DNA from: an uncultured delta proteobacterium
GTDB lineage: Bacteria; Desulfobacterota; Syntrophia; Syntrophales; Smithellaceae
DNA length: 64,000 bases
Direction of reading: 5' to 3'
NCBI GenBank assembly: GCA_963811325.1
Contig: CAWEQT010000001.1
Span: 1,301,859 to 1,365,858, forward strand
The translations under genes were made by a program, and so were the position numbers. Numbering within the stretch: the first letter of the stretch is position 1; every line of letters begins with the position of its first letter. Under the pieces are notes generated by a model. It saw only the letters and a program-made list of their open reading frames with translations. It had not been told where the DNA came from and made no database searches. Shown here one piece after another: positions 31,369 to 41,258 of the stretch.

Positions 31369-31522
31369 TTACTTGAACTGCCCCCCGTTAGGGCGAAGTC
31401 GGAGCATTTCCGAGGGGACACGCAAAGTACATAATAACGGGAAAATTAATTGCGACACAGTCTCTTCGCCAGTATGACATAATTGCTGTTTTTATACAGT
31501 TATTTAAAGGTCCCAATAAAAT

Positions 31523-33619
31523 ATGAATTCAAGTAAAAACTATTACTATTTTTTAAAAACTTTTATGCCGCGTCAGCTACAGATTTATCTGCGTAGAAAG
31601 TTTATAAATCGAAAAATTTTACTAAATAAAAATATATGGCCAATTGATAAAAAAGCTGTAACGTCGCCGGAGGACTGGCAGGGCTGGCCTGATGGTAAAA
31701 AGTTTGCATTTGTTTTGACACACGATGTAGAAACAGAAAAAGGATTAAATAAATGTCGTGAATTGATGAATATCGATGAAAAATTTGGTTTCCGGTCTTC
31801 TTTTAACTTTGTCACCGGAGATTATCAAATCCCTGAAGAGCTGCTAAATGAACTTCAGACGCGCGGTTTTGAAATAGGTATTCATGGTCTGCATCACGAC
31901 GGCAATATTTTCCGTTCAAGGAAAGTATTTGCAGAACACGCGGCACAGATCAACCAGACGCTGAAAAAATGGAATTCCGCTGGTTTCCGCAGCCCCAGCA
32001 TGTATCATAACCTGGATTGGCTGCATGATCTGAATATTAAATATGACGCCTCCACCTTTGACACAGACCCGTTCGAGCCCCAGCCGGACGGCATGGGAAC
32101 CATCTTCCCCTTCTGGATCGAGGGGAAAAACGGAAAGCGTGGTTATGTGGAACTGCCCTATACCCTTCCCCAGGATTTTTTGTTATTTATCTTAATGCAG
32201 CATGAAAATATCGACATTTGGAAAACAAAGCTTGATTGGATCGTCAAACAGAGCGGCATGGCCTTATTGATCACACATCCCGACTACATAAATTTCGCGA
32301 ACAACAAATTAAAAGAAAACGAATATCCAGTAAAATATTACGCAGAATTTCTCCAGTACATTAAAACAAAATACGAAGGCCAGTATTGGCAATCCCTGCC
32401 AAGAGATATGGCTCATTTTTGGTCAACCAACTTCAGAAATAAAAAAAATATTACCAGAAAACCAAAACATATTTGTATGCTCGCTTATTCATTTTACGAA
32501 TCAGACAACAGAATCATGCGTTACGCCGATGCACTGACCGAACGGGGCGACACGGTCGATATTATCGCATTAAAGAGTGAAGGTAACCCACCATATGAAA
32601 AGATCAGCAATGTCAACATTTATCGAGTACAAAAACGGATGATCAATGAAAAAAATCAATTAACATATCTGACGAAACTAGTGATATTTCTTATCAAGTC
32701 CTTTGCATTTATCACAAAAAAACATCTGCAACATCCATACGATATCGTCCACGTGCATTCCGTACCGGATTTTGAAGTTTTTGCGGCACTGATACCGAAA
32801 CTACAAGGCAGCTCAATCATACTGGATGTTCACGATATCGTACCGGAGTTTTATGCCAGCAAATTTTCCGGTAATAAAGACAGCTTTTTTTTCAAAGCTT
32901 TGGTTAAAATTGAACGGCTTTCGATTAAATTCTCTGACCATGTTATTATTTCCAACCATCTGTGGCATAAAACGCTAACATCCCGCTCCCTAAATGAAAG
33001 TAAATGCACCACCATAATGAATTATCCCGATGAGGCCATTTTTTATCAGCGGCCAAGAACCAGACACGATGACAAATTTATCATGCTTTACCCCGGGACA
33101 CTTGGTTGGCATCAAGGATTGGATATCGCCATTAAAGCATTCGCAAAAATAAAAGACCAGGCGCCACATGCTGAATTTCATATTTACGGTCGTGGATCCG
33201 AAAGAAATAAGCTGACCGGACTCATCGCAGAACTTCATCTGGATAACAAAGTTTTCATCAAAGATATAATGCCCATCAATGAAATAGCCGAAGTCATGGC
33301 CAATGCCGATCTGGGTATTGTGCCCAAGAAAAACGATCCTTTCGGCGGAGAAGCCTTCAGCACCAAAACACTTGAATTCATGTCTTTGGGCATACCCGTG
33401 ATTGTCTCAAAAACGAAAATAGATAATTATTATTTTAACGATTCAGTCGTAAAATTCTTCAATCCGGATGATGTGAATGATTTAGCACAGTCCATGATCA
33501 CAATGCTGAAGAACAAGGAACAACGGGACACACTCCGGGATAACGCGTTTTGCTTTGTCGAAGATTATCGCTGGTCGAAAAAGAAAAATGAATATTTTGA
33601 TTTGGTTGATTCATTATAA
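31523..33619 (+). CDS. Polysaccharide-deacetylase-like domain fused to GT4 glycosyltransferase
   Basis: N-part LTHDVE, IGIHGLHHDG, GFRSPS, ELPYTLPQD; C-part LYPGTLGWHQGLD, ADLGIVPK, KTLEFMSLGIPVI. Confidence 0.85.
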   Translation: MNSSKNYYYFLKTFMPRQLQIYLRRKFINRKILLNKNIWPIDKKAVTSPEDWQGWPDGKKFAFVLTHDVETEKGLNKCRELMNIDEKFGFRSSFNFVTGDYQIPEELLNELQTRGFEIGIHGLHHDGNIFRSRKVFAEHAAQINQTLKKWNSAGFRSPSMYHNLDWLHDLNIKYDASTFDTDPFEPQPDGMGTIFPFWIEGKNGKRGYVELPYTLPQDFLLFILMQHENIDIWKTKLDWIVKQSGMALLITHPDYINFANNKLKENEYPVKYYAEFLQYIKTKYEGQYWQSLPRDMAHFWSTNFRNKKNITRKPKHICMLAYSFYESDNRIMRYADALTERGDTVDIIALKSEGNPPYEKISNVNIYRVQKRMINEKNQLTYLTKLVIFLIKSFAFITKKHLQHPYDIVHVHSVPDFEVFAALIPKLQGSSIILDVHDIVPEFYASKFSGNKDSFFFKALVKIERLSIKFSDHVIISNHLWHKTLTSRSLNESKCTTIMNYPDEAIFYQRPRTRHDDKFIMLYPGTLGWHQGLDIAIKAFAKIKDQAPHAEFHIYGRGSERNKLTGLIAELHLDNKVFIKDIMPINEIAEVMANADLGIVPKKNDPFGGEAFSTKTLEFMSLGIPVIVSKTKIDNYYFNDSVVKFFNPDDVNDLAQSMITMLKNKEQRDTLRDNAFCFVEDYRWSKKKNEYFDLVDSL

Positions 33620-33721
33620 CCTTTAACCTTTTTTCTTTGTCCTCCGCTGGCGCGTTTAGTCCGGCGTATGTCTGGAAGGGTGTCACACAGTGACGGAGGT
33701 GGACAAAGGACTTCCGGCTTT

Positions 33722-33770
33722 CTTTCCTTTATCCTTGCTCCTTGAACCTTTAGCCTTTAACCTTGAGCAT
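33722..33770 (+). repeat. Phased heptamer array B
   Basis: CTTTCCT TTATCCT TGCTCCT TGAACCT TTAGCCT TTAACCT TGAGCAT, ending 9 nt before the ATG at 33780. Confidence 0.88.
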
Positions 33771-33779
33771 TTTTCAGTC

Positions 33780-34613
33780 ATGATTAATTTTCGTCTGGAT
33801 CGTTTCGTAACACTTTATCTTTTCAGGTATATCACAAAAAAGCAAACATCAGCCGGAGATAAGCGAATACCCATTCTCATGTATCATAGTGTTTCGGATG
33901 AGAAAGAAAAATCGCATTCTTATTACCATGTGAACACATCACCAGCAGTTTTTGACACGCACATGCGTTACCTTTATGAAAACAATTATTCAGTCATCAA
34001 TCTTCAGGATTTAAAAAAAAATTTCGACACGAGAGATTCATCTAAATATGTTGTCATTACCTTTGATGATGGCTTTTATGATTTTTTTACAAACGCCGTC
34101 CCTATTTTAAAAAAATACAATTTTAGCGCCACTGTTTTTTTACCAACCGGATTTATTCATAATGAAAAATTATCTTTTAAAGGCAAAGAATGCATGACAT
34201 GGAATGAAGTTCGGCATTTGCAGAGCAAAGGCATCAACTTTGGTTCACATACCGTCACGCACCCGCAATTGAACAATTTAAGCGCAAAAGAAATTGAAAA
34301 TGAAATTAAGTTATCTAAGCAAAAGATTGAAGATGAAACAGGCATTATAGTAAAATCTTTTTCATACCCCTATGCCTTTCCCGAAGACAATGAATTTGGA
34401 ATTACTTTGAGAGCGCTGCTTAAAAAATGCGGTTATACAAATGGCGTTACAACAAAAATCGGCACCGCGAATAAAGGCGGTGACACTTTTTTTCAACCCA
34501 GACTACCGGTAAACACGGCTGATGATATTTTATTCTTTCGTGCAAAACTGCAAGGCGCATATGATTGGTTAAGCGTACCGCAAACATTCATTAAAAGCAT
34601 CAAAGGAAAATAA
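33780..34613 (+). CDS. Polysaccharide deacetylase (CE4)
   Basis: ILMYH, ITFDDG, FGSHTVTH, FSYPY. The track start at 33690 merely reads through the repeat array. Confidence 0.9.
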   Translation: MINFRLDRFVTLYLFRYITKKQTSAGDKRIPILMYHSVSDEKEKSHSYYHVNTSPAVFDTHMRYLYENNYSVINLQDLKKNFDTRDSSKYVVITFDDGFYDFFTNAVPILKKYNFSATVFLPTGFIHNEKLSFKGKECMTWNEVRHLQSKGINFGSHTVTHPQLNNLSAKEIENEIKLSKQKIEDETGIIVKSFSYPYAFPEDNEFGITLRALLKKCGYTNGVTTKIGTANKGGDTFFQPRLPVNTADDILFFRAKLQGAYDWLSVPQTFIKSIKGK

Positions 34614-34623
34614 AGGTTTAGTC

Positions 34624-35910
34624 ATGTTTAATGTATGTATCATGGGCGCTTCTCTGACTACCGGCAACATGGGCGTATCCGCATTGGCGGCATCACTGGT
34701 TAAACTCATCCTGACCGCCCGCCCGGACGCGTCATTTACTTTTTTCATTGCGGAACGTTCATCAAAACCACAGGAAATAGAATTATCAAGTAGAAAAATC
34801 AGCATCAAAATCGCCAATACAAGACTCTCACCTAAAGCCGCAGTTGGTGAGCATGTTTTTGTCATATTTCTTTTAGCATTGTTATATAAAATAAATGCCG
34901 CACAGTCTTTTAGAAACATGATCATAAAGTATAATTTGCAATTAAAAGCAATTGCCGAAGCCGATTTCATTGGTGATGTGCGCGGTGGAGATAGTTTTAG
35001 CGATATCTATGGCGTTAAGGGTTTTCTATTAGGATCAATACCAAGTATCATTACATTGCTCATAGGAAAAAAGCTTGTTCTTTTACCTCAAACATATGGG
35101 CCATATAAAAGCAGCATTTCTAAAATAATCGCCCGATACATTTTGACCCATGCGCATATTATACTGTCGCGCGACAGAGAAAGTATGGAACTTGTAAAAG
35201 ACATACTTGGCAAGAAAAGCCACAATAAAAAGATTATATTTTGCCCTGATGTCGCCTTTGCTCTTGATTCCATTTCACCTAAGGATGATGACATTCAACC
35301 TTTTATCAATACCGGGAAAGACAATCCTATAATCGGATTGAATATTAATGGTCTTTTATACAATGGCGGATATACACGCAACAACATGTTTAATCTCAGG
35401 GTGGATTATAAGCTGTTTGTACATAAACTGTCTGAAGAAATTCTGAATAAAACCAACGCCAATCTTCTGCTCATACCACACACATTTGCAGCTCATGGCC
35501 ACGTAGAAAGCGACCCTGATGCCTGCGCTGAAGTTTTTACGGCCTTAGCGCCAGTATATAAAGGCAGGATACAAATGATTGCCGGTGAATATGATCAGCA
35601 TACTATCAAAGGTATTATCGGGCGTTGTGACTTTTTTATCGGATCGAGGATGCATGCCTGCATTGCTGCTTTATCACAGAAAATTCCTACTGCTGCCGTC
35701 GCTTACAGTAAAAAATTCAAGGGGGTGTTTGACTCCATTGATGTAGGCAATCTTGTCATTGATGCCAGAGAAATGGAAACACAGGAAGCCGTCGACATGA
35801 TTGCAGCGATGTTTGATGACCGCGCGCAAATAGAAAAAATATTGCAGGTTCAGATTGACAACGCGCAAAGGCAGCAACTGGAAATCTTTTGGAAGATATT
35901 AACGCAGTGA
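34624..35910 (+). CDS. Polysaccharide pyruvyltransferase family protein (WcaK-like)
   Basis: GNMGVSAL, GGDSFSDIYG, PQTYGP, SRDRES, CPDVAF, GSRMHACIAAL. Confidence 0.85.
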   Translation: MFNVCIMGASLTTGNMGVSALAASLVKLILTARPDASFTFFIAERSSKPQEIELSSRKISIKIANTRLSPKAAVGEHVFVIFLLALLYKINAAQSFRNMIIKYNLQLKAIAEADFIGDVRGGDSFSDIYGVKGFLLGSIPSIITLLIGKKLVLLPQTYGPYKSSISKIIARYILTHAHIILSRDRESMELVKDILGKKSHNKKIIFCPDVAFALDSISPKDDDIQPFINTGKDNPIIGLNINGLLYNGGYTRNNMFNLRVDYKLFVHKLSEEILNKTNANLLLIPHTFAAHGHVESDPDACAEVFTALAPVYKGRIQMIAGEYDQHTIKGIIGRCDFFIGSRMHACIAALSQKIPTAAVAYSKKFKGVFDSIDVGNLVIDAREMETQEAVDMIAAMFDDRAQIEKILQVQIDNAQRQQLEIFWKILTQ

Positions 35911-35956
35911 CTTTCTCCGGCTGTCATTGGAGGAACACCCTGCACACCGTGGCAAT

Positions 35957-35998
35957 TTATCCTTTACCCTTGCACCTTGAGCTTTGTGCCTTTATCCT
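35957..35998 (+). repeat. Phased heptamer array C
   Basis: TTATCCT TTACCCT TGCACCT TGAGCTT TGTGCCT TTATCCT, ending 3 nt before the ATG at 36002. Confidence 0.88.
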
Positions 35999-36001
35999 CA
36001 T

Positions 36002-37246
36002 ATGAGAAGCATTAAGACAATAAGAGACGTAGTTGGCTGGGGGTTGTGCGTCGGATGCGGTGCTTGCCAGTATTTTTGCGGCAAGGATTCTATAGAGTTA
36101 AAAAATATTGAAACAATAGGCATCCGGCCAATATTCAAAAGAGCACAAGACGTAAATTATTCAGAATGCCTTAAGTTCTGTCCCGGCTATTCAATTGGCG
36201 CAACAAGATATTTACAAGACAACGAGCACGTAATATCCGATCCGTTAATCGGACCTGTATTGGAAATCTGGCAGGGCTATGCTATCGACAAAGACATTCG
36301 TTATAAAGCTTCATCAGGAGGAGCGCTTTCTGCCCTTGCTTCATATTGTTTAGAAAAAGAAAATATGGAATTCGTATTACATGTCGGCATGGATCAGGAT
36401 ACACCTTGGTATAATAAAACAGTCCAAAGCAAAAGCAAAGCCGATTTATTAGCACGAGCAGGTTCGCGCTACGCCCCTTCCTCACCATGTGAAGCTATGG
36501 CGCTTATTGAGGCAAGCTCACGGCCTTGCGTATTTATCGGCAAACCATGTGATGCCGCAGCCGTTTCCGCTCTTCGGAAGTATCGGCCCAAATTAGATAA
36601 AAACCTGGGACTTGTTTTAACGTTTTTTTGCGCTGGGCCGCCCTGCACAGCCGGAACTCTTTCTTTACTGGAAGAACTCCGTATAGAAAAGCAAACAGTG
36701 AATGAGATACGTTACAGAGGGAAAGGTTGGCCGGGTCATTTTCAAGTGTCACTTAATAACTGTACTGAATATAAAAAACTAACGTATGAAGAATCGTGGG
36801 GGAAATTGGTAAAACACCACCGGTCATTTCGCTGTAATCTTTGCCCCGATGGTTTGGGAGAACTAGCGGATATATCGTGCGGTGACGCCTGGCATTTATA
36901 TGACAAGCAGAAAGATGATTATGGGCAATCACTTGTACTGGCGCGCTCCGAACGGGGCCGCGAGATCCTGAATCGGGCGATGGAAAGTGGTTATTTGCAA
37001 TTAGAACCTTCAAAGCCGGCAGATGTCATAAGAGCGCAACCAATGACTGGCAGGCGCGCCGAGATTTTTGGGAGACTATTGGCAATGAAAACCTTATTTA
37101 TGCCTATACCCAAATTGGTAGGTTTCTCTCTTGTTAAAGCTTGGATGAAAAATCCAATAAAAATTAAAATTAAAACTTATCTAGGCACATTAAGACGTCT
37201 CCTTACTCGCGGCCTCTGGCATCAGAAACCGTTGAATCCGGCATAA
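36002..37246 (+). CDS. Coenzyme F420 hydrogenase beta-subunit-like Fe-S protein
   Basis: CVGCGAC...CP ferredoxin motif, SSGGALSAL, GSRYAP, FIGKPC, YRGKGWPG, CNLCPD, DISCGDAW. Confidence 0.85.
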   Translation: MRSIKTIRDVVGWGLCVGCGACQYFCGKDSIELKNIETIGIRPIFKRAQDVNYSECLKFCPGYSIGATRYLQDNEHVISDPLIGPVLEIWQGYAIDKDIRYKASSGGALSALASYCLEKENMEFVLHVGMDQDTPWYNKTVQSKSKADLLARAGSRYAPSSPCEAMALIEASSRPCVFIGKPCDAAAVSALRKYRPKLDKNLGLVLTFFCAGPPCTAGTLSLLEELRIEKQTVNEIRYRGKGWPGHFQVSLNNCTEYKKLTYEESWGKLVKHHRSFRCNLCPDGLGELADISCGDAWHLYDKQKDDYGQSLVLARSERGREILNRAMESGYLQLEPSKPADVIRAQPMTGRRAEIFGRLLAMKTLFMPIPKLVGFSLVKAWMKNPIKIKIKTYLGTLRRLLTRGLWHQKPLNPA

Positions 37247-37259
37247 CATAATCGGACAA

Positions 37260-38090
37260 ATGCTTAAGAATATTAAACGTATCTTAAAAATGATCATCAG
37301 CCTGCTTGTTTTTGTTTTTGATTGCATTTCAGGACCGCTTCAATCATTATTCAATAAAGACAAGGCAACATGCGTCATCCTTTATTATCACACTGTATAT
37401 CCTGAAGAAAAAGAAGCCTTCGCTAAACAAATGGATAATCTTCTGCGGTGGGCACAACCGATCACGACAAAGGATATCGGCTCATTAAAAACTAGCGGGC
37501 ATTATTGCGCTGTTACGTTCGATGATGGGTTTAGCTGTGTTCTTGAAAACGCTTTTCCGGCAATGGCAAAAAGAAACATACCTGCTACACTTTTTGTCCC
37601 TTCAGCCTGCCTCGGCGAGCATCCACCCTGGCTTAGTGAAGGAAACTTAGACCATAAAAACGTCTTGATGACGACTGCGCAGTTAAATAGTCTGGATAAA
37701 AAGCAGGTTTTTATAGGTTCGCATGGCAGAACCCATCAAAACCTTCTTCAAATAAGCCCTGACGAAGCAAGAAAAGAAATTATTCAATCCAAAAAAGAGC
37801 TCGAAGATGTAATGAACACACCGATAGAAACGGTCAGTTTTCCTCATGGCAATTTTAATCAGACGCATATTGATATAGCTATTGAGGCAGGCTACAGGCA
37901 TGCCTACTCTACTTTACCTGAACTGATATATGCCGGTTCCGCTGATTTTGTCAGGGGAAGAGTAAAAGTAGATCCATCCGATTGGCGCATTGAATTTCGA
38001 TTGAAACTATTTGGCGCATATCGATGGCTCCCCAAAGCTTTTTTAATTAAACGGCGCTTGAACATCATTTTAAAGAAATTTTATTTTTAG
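37260..38090 (+). CDS. Polysaccharide deacetylase (CE4)
   Basis: ILYYH, VTFDDG, IGSHGRTH, SFPHG. Confidence 0.88.
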   Translation: MLKNIKRILKMIISLLVFVFDCISGPLQSLFNKDKATCVILYYHTVYPEEKEAFAKQMDNLLRWAQPITTKDIGSLKTSGHYCAVTFDDGFSCVLENAFPAMAKRNIPATLFVPSACLGEHPPWLSEGNLDHKNVLMTTAQLNSLDKKQVFIGSHGRTHQNLLQISPDEARKEIIQSKKELEDVMNTPIETVSFPHGNFNQTHIDIAIEAGYRHAYSTLPELIYAGSADFVRGRVKVDPSDWRIEFRLKLFGAYRWLPKAFLIKRRLNIILKKFYF

Positions 38091-38125
38091 TCTCACATTA
38101 GAAAAGACATAACGAATACCGGTTT

Positions 38126-39256
38126 ATGATAATTGAACATTCACAATCCAAATACAATTTCAGTGTCGACCAAATATTAAAAAATGAATGGTCTAATGCT
38201 TTAAATAAATTTTTAGATGCAAACTTCTACCAAACATGGTCTTACGGAGAACTAAAATGGAAGATGGGTAATTTGAGCCATCTTGTTTTAAAAATGAACG
38301 GGGAAATAGTTGCTTTGGCGCAATTAAGGATTGTCAGTCTCCCAATCATAAGAAAAGGCATTGCTTATTTAGCGCGAGGACCAATCTGGAGACGGCGAGA
38401 CAGAGAACAGAAATTTGATATTTTTCGCAATGTTATAAAGTCATTATTTAAGGTATATGTTGTTGAAAAAGGACTTTTATTAAGGATTCGTTCAAATGAA
38501 ATTATGGACGGATGCGATACAATTCATGAAATATTGTGTGAAGAAGGCTTTGTAAAAAAATCATCATTTCCTGATAGAACATTAATAATAGATTTAACAC
38601 CTACTATAGAAGAAATACGTCAAAACCTTGGTAGGAAATGGCGTCAAGCTTTAGCACGAGCAGAAAGATTGTCGTCACTTGATTTAGATTGCGGGAGTAG
38701 TGAAAAGCATTATAGGATTGCGTTGAACCTCTACAAGGAAATGCATGGGAGAAAACAATTTGCCGAATTTGTAGATATGGAGAGACAAGGTTTAATACAG
38801 CAAGACCTACCGGAATCACTTAAAATGAAGATAATGATATGCCGTTTAAATAATGAGCCAATTGCTGCTCTCGGTTGGTCATCAATTGGTGATACTGGAT
38901 TGCCACTTATCGCAGCAACTGGTAATAAATCTGTAGCTTTATCGACGAATGCCAGCAATTTACTGTGGTGGAAGATGATTGAAGATCTGAAAGCTCAAGG
39001 TTGCAGTTTCTGCGATGTTGGTGGTGCAGACCCTGTATTAAATCCTGGTGGTTATAAATTTAAGTCCGGCTTACTTGGGAAGAATGGAAGAGATGTATGT
39101 TTTCTTGATCCCTACGAAGCATGCAATAACGCCGTAAGCTCCTTTTTAGTAAACTGTGGAAATCAAATTATACACAGTTCATATAAAATCAAAACGAAGC
39201 TCAGAAAAACAGAAGATTTAAAAGAAATTAATACACCTGAAGCCAGCGATTCGTAA
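38126..39256 (+). CDS. FemAB-like GNAT family protein
   Basis: FYQTWSYG, RGPIW, KWRQALARA, LLWWKMI, GYKFKSG. Confidence 0.75.
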   Translation: MIIEHSQSKYNFSVDQILKNEWSNALNKFLDANFYQTWSYGELKWKMGNLSHLVLKMNGEIVALAQLRIVSLPIIRKGIAYLARGPIWRRRDREQKFDIFRNVIKSLFKVYVVEKGLLLRIRSNEIMDGCDTIHEILCEEGFVKKSSFPDRTLIIDLTPTIEEIRQNLGRKWRQALARAERLSSLDLDCGSSEKHYRIALNLYKEMHGRKQFAEFVDMERQGLIQQDLPESLKMKIMICRLNNEPIAALGWSSIGDTGLPLIAATGNKSVALSTNASNLLWWKMIEDLKAQGCSFCDVGGADPVLNPGGYKFKSGLLGKNGRDVCFLDPYEACNNAVSSFLVNCGNQIIHSSYKIKTKLRKTEDLKEINTPEASDS

Positions 39257-39408
39257 TGACTAAAATATGTGCAAATGCTATTTCAAGATCAGAAAGTAAT
39301 TTTAGTTGAAATGTTTGATGACGTAGTAAGGAAGATAATTTATTTATCATCATTGCGAGGATTTGTTCCTTTATCGTTTGCTTAAAAATATTATCTTAGG
39401 AACACCAC

Positions 39409-40350
39409 ATGGATATATCCGTTATAATCGTGAATTGGAATACGAAGGACTTTCTGATTGAGTGTCTTCAGTCTCTTGACACACAAACAGGAAACTTTCA
39501 AAAGGAAGTAATAGTTGTCGATAATGGTTCGCGCGACGATTCACAGGAGGCTGTTAAATCCGCATTCCCAAAAGTACAGATTATTGAAAATAACTCAAAT
39601 CTCGGATTCGCAAAAGCAAATAATATCGGGATTAAAGCTAGTAAAGGCAGATATCTCTGCGTAATAAACTCGGATGTTAAAGTTTTAGATGGATGTCTTG
39701 ACCAATTAGTTCGACACATGGATCAGCATCCAAACGTCGGCATGGTTGGTCCGAAAGTTTATTGGTCTGACATGACGTTGCAGAGTTCATGTAGAATATT
39801 TCCGTCCTTGTGGAATAATTTCTTTACAGCAATAGGTTTCAATAAACTGTTTCCCAAATACCGAATATTTAGCGGTGAACATATGTTATTTTTTAGTTAT
39901 GACAAGATTAGATCCGTTGATGTACTGGTTGGATGTTTCATGATGGCGCGTCGCGAAGCGGTTGATCAGGTGGGGATGCTCGATGAAAGATTCTTTATTT
40001 ATGCTGAAGACATCGATTGGTGCAAGAGATTTTGGGAGAAGGGCTGGGAAATAATGTTTAATCCCGGTGCTGAAGTGATTCATTATGGTAGAAGCAGTTC
40101 TTCTAATGATCCGTTAAGATTTTCCATCGAACAAATGAGATCAGTTCTTCAATATTGGAAGAAGCATCATGGTATCATAAAGAGGACCATCTTTTTGATA
40201 ATTTTATTTATTCATTATTCTAGCAGAATCATCATCAGTGTTTTCGCGGATTTGATAAAACCAAAGAACGACAAGGAAATCTTTTTTCGATCATCAAAAC
40301 ATATTGATTCATTACATTCACTAATTCATCTTTTAAAACAAGGCTGTTAG
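39409..40350 (+). CDS. GT2 glycosyltransferase
   Basis: SVIIVNWN, VVDNGSRD, NLGFAKANN, INSD, FIYAEDIDWC. Confidence 0.92.
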   Translation: MDISVIIVNWNTKDFLIECLQSLDTQTGNFQKEVIVVDNGSRDDSQEAVKSAFPKVQIIENNSNLGFAKANNIGIKASKGRYLCVINSDVKVLDGCLDQLVRHMDQHPNVGMVGPKVYWSDMTLQSSCRIFPSLWNNFFTAIGFNKLFPKYRIFSGEHMLFFSYDKIRSVDVLVGCFMMARREAVDQVGMLDERFFIYAEDIDWCKRFWEKGWEIMFNPGAEVIHYGRSSSSNDPLRFSIEQMRSVLQYWKKHHGIIKRTIFLIILFIHYSSRIIISVFADLIKPKNDKEIFFRSSKHIDSLHSLIHLLKQGC

Positions 40351-40401
40351 AACCATAATTATTTTAATTTTATAATGAGTAAATATTAAAGTGAGGACAT
40401 A

Positions 40402-41043
40402 ATGTCTTTGAGGTTCTATTTAATTAGATTCATTAGATATTACAATAGGCATGGCTTGCAAGAAACACTGAAGAGAATAAAAGAAAAAATGCGTCTGGCA
40501 TTGTTGTATAGGGACGAGGTCATCTTTTATTCAGATTTAATTTTTATAAACAGTCCTCCATTGAGTAAACCTGATAACTATAAAATAGAAGCTAAATTAA
40601 AAGCGGAAGAAATAAACGGAAAAGATCTGGATTGTTTAAGAAATATCATTAGTGCGGAGATACTGGCTTATCAATTTCAAGAAAGGTTCCCTCAATCAGC
40701 CATTATGTGGATTATCAAAATTGATGATGATCTGGCCGGCTATGTTTGGAGCACAGGTAAATCAACGATGCTCCCTTCTTATCTTCAGCTTTGTAATAAT
40801 GACGTATATCTTTTTGATGTTTTAGTTCTACCAAAGTATAGAGGTAAAAATATTTTTCCAATTTTGCTTGGAAACGTTTTATTTGAACTAAAAAAAATGG
40901 GTTTCGTTCGTGCCTTTTTGATTGCGCATCAATGGAATGAATCAGCTCAAAAGTCATTTTTAAAAGTTACTACTAAAATACTTGCTGTTGTGAGAAAGTA
41001 CGGCTTTGGGAAACATGTTTTTTTTACGTGGCGAAATTCATAA
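40402..41043 (+). CDS. GNAT N-acetyltransferase-like protein
   Basis: YLFDVLVLPKYRGKNI acetyl-CoA-binding motif, NESAQKSF. Confidence 0.7.
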   Translation: MSLRFYLIRFIRYYNRHGLQETLKRIKEKMRLALLYRDEVIFYSDLIFINSPPLSKPDNYKIEAKLKAEEINGKDLDCLRNIISAEILAYQFQERFPQSAIMWIIKIDDDLAGYVWSTGKSTMLPSYLQLCNNDVYLFDVLVLPKYRGKNIFPILLGNVLFELKKMGFVRAFLIAHQWNESAQKSFLKVTTKILAVVRKYGFGKHVFFTWRNS

Positions 41044-41078
41044 TGATGAGCACTCTATTGATGTCGCCAGCTCTATTT

Positions 41079-41112
41079 TTTAGACCTTATCTTTTCCAAG
41101 ATAAGGTCTAAA
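41079..41112. repeat. Perfect 15-bp inverted repeat inside the EPS operon
   Basis: TTTAGACCTTATCTT-TTCC-AAGATAAGGTCTAAA. Confidence 0.8.
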
Positions 41113-41258
41113 CGTTCTTTTTGATATGCGGTCCGAATTCTTCTACGATTTAGAATACAGCTGCTTCTGTTTATGTAGAATGGCTAATACATCGCTACCT
41201 TTGAAAAAGTCCACATTCCATCCATGATTAAAAAAATAAAGCAATCAGGAACAAAATA

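Noticed and set aside
33690-33779. N-terminal extensions read through heptamer arrays (also 35984-36001)
   Set aside because: They are low-complexity translations of repeat DNA; downstream ATGs give typical family starts
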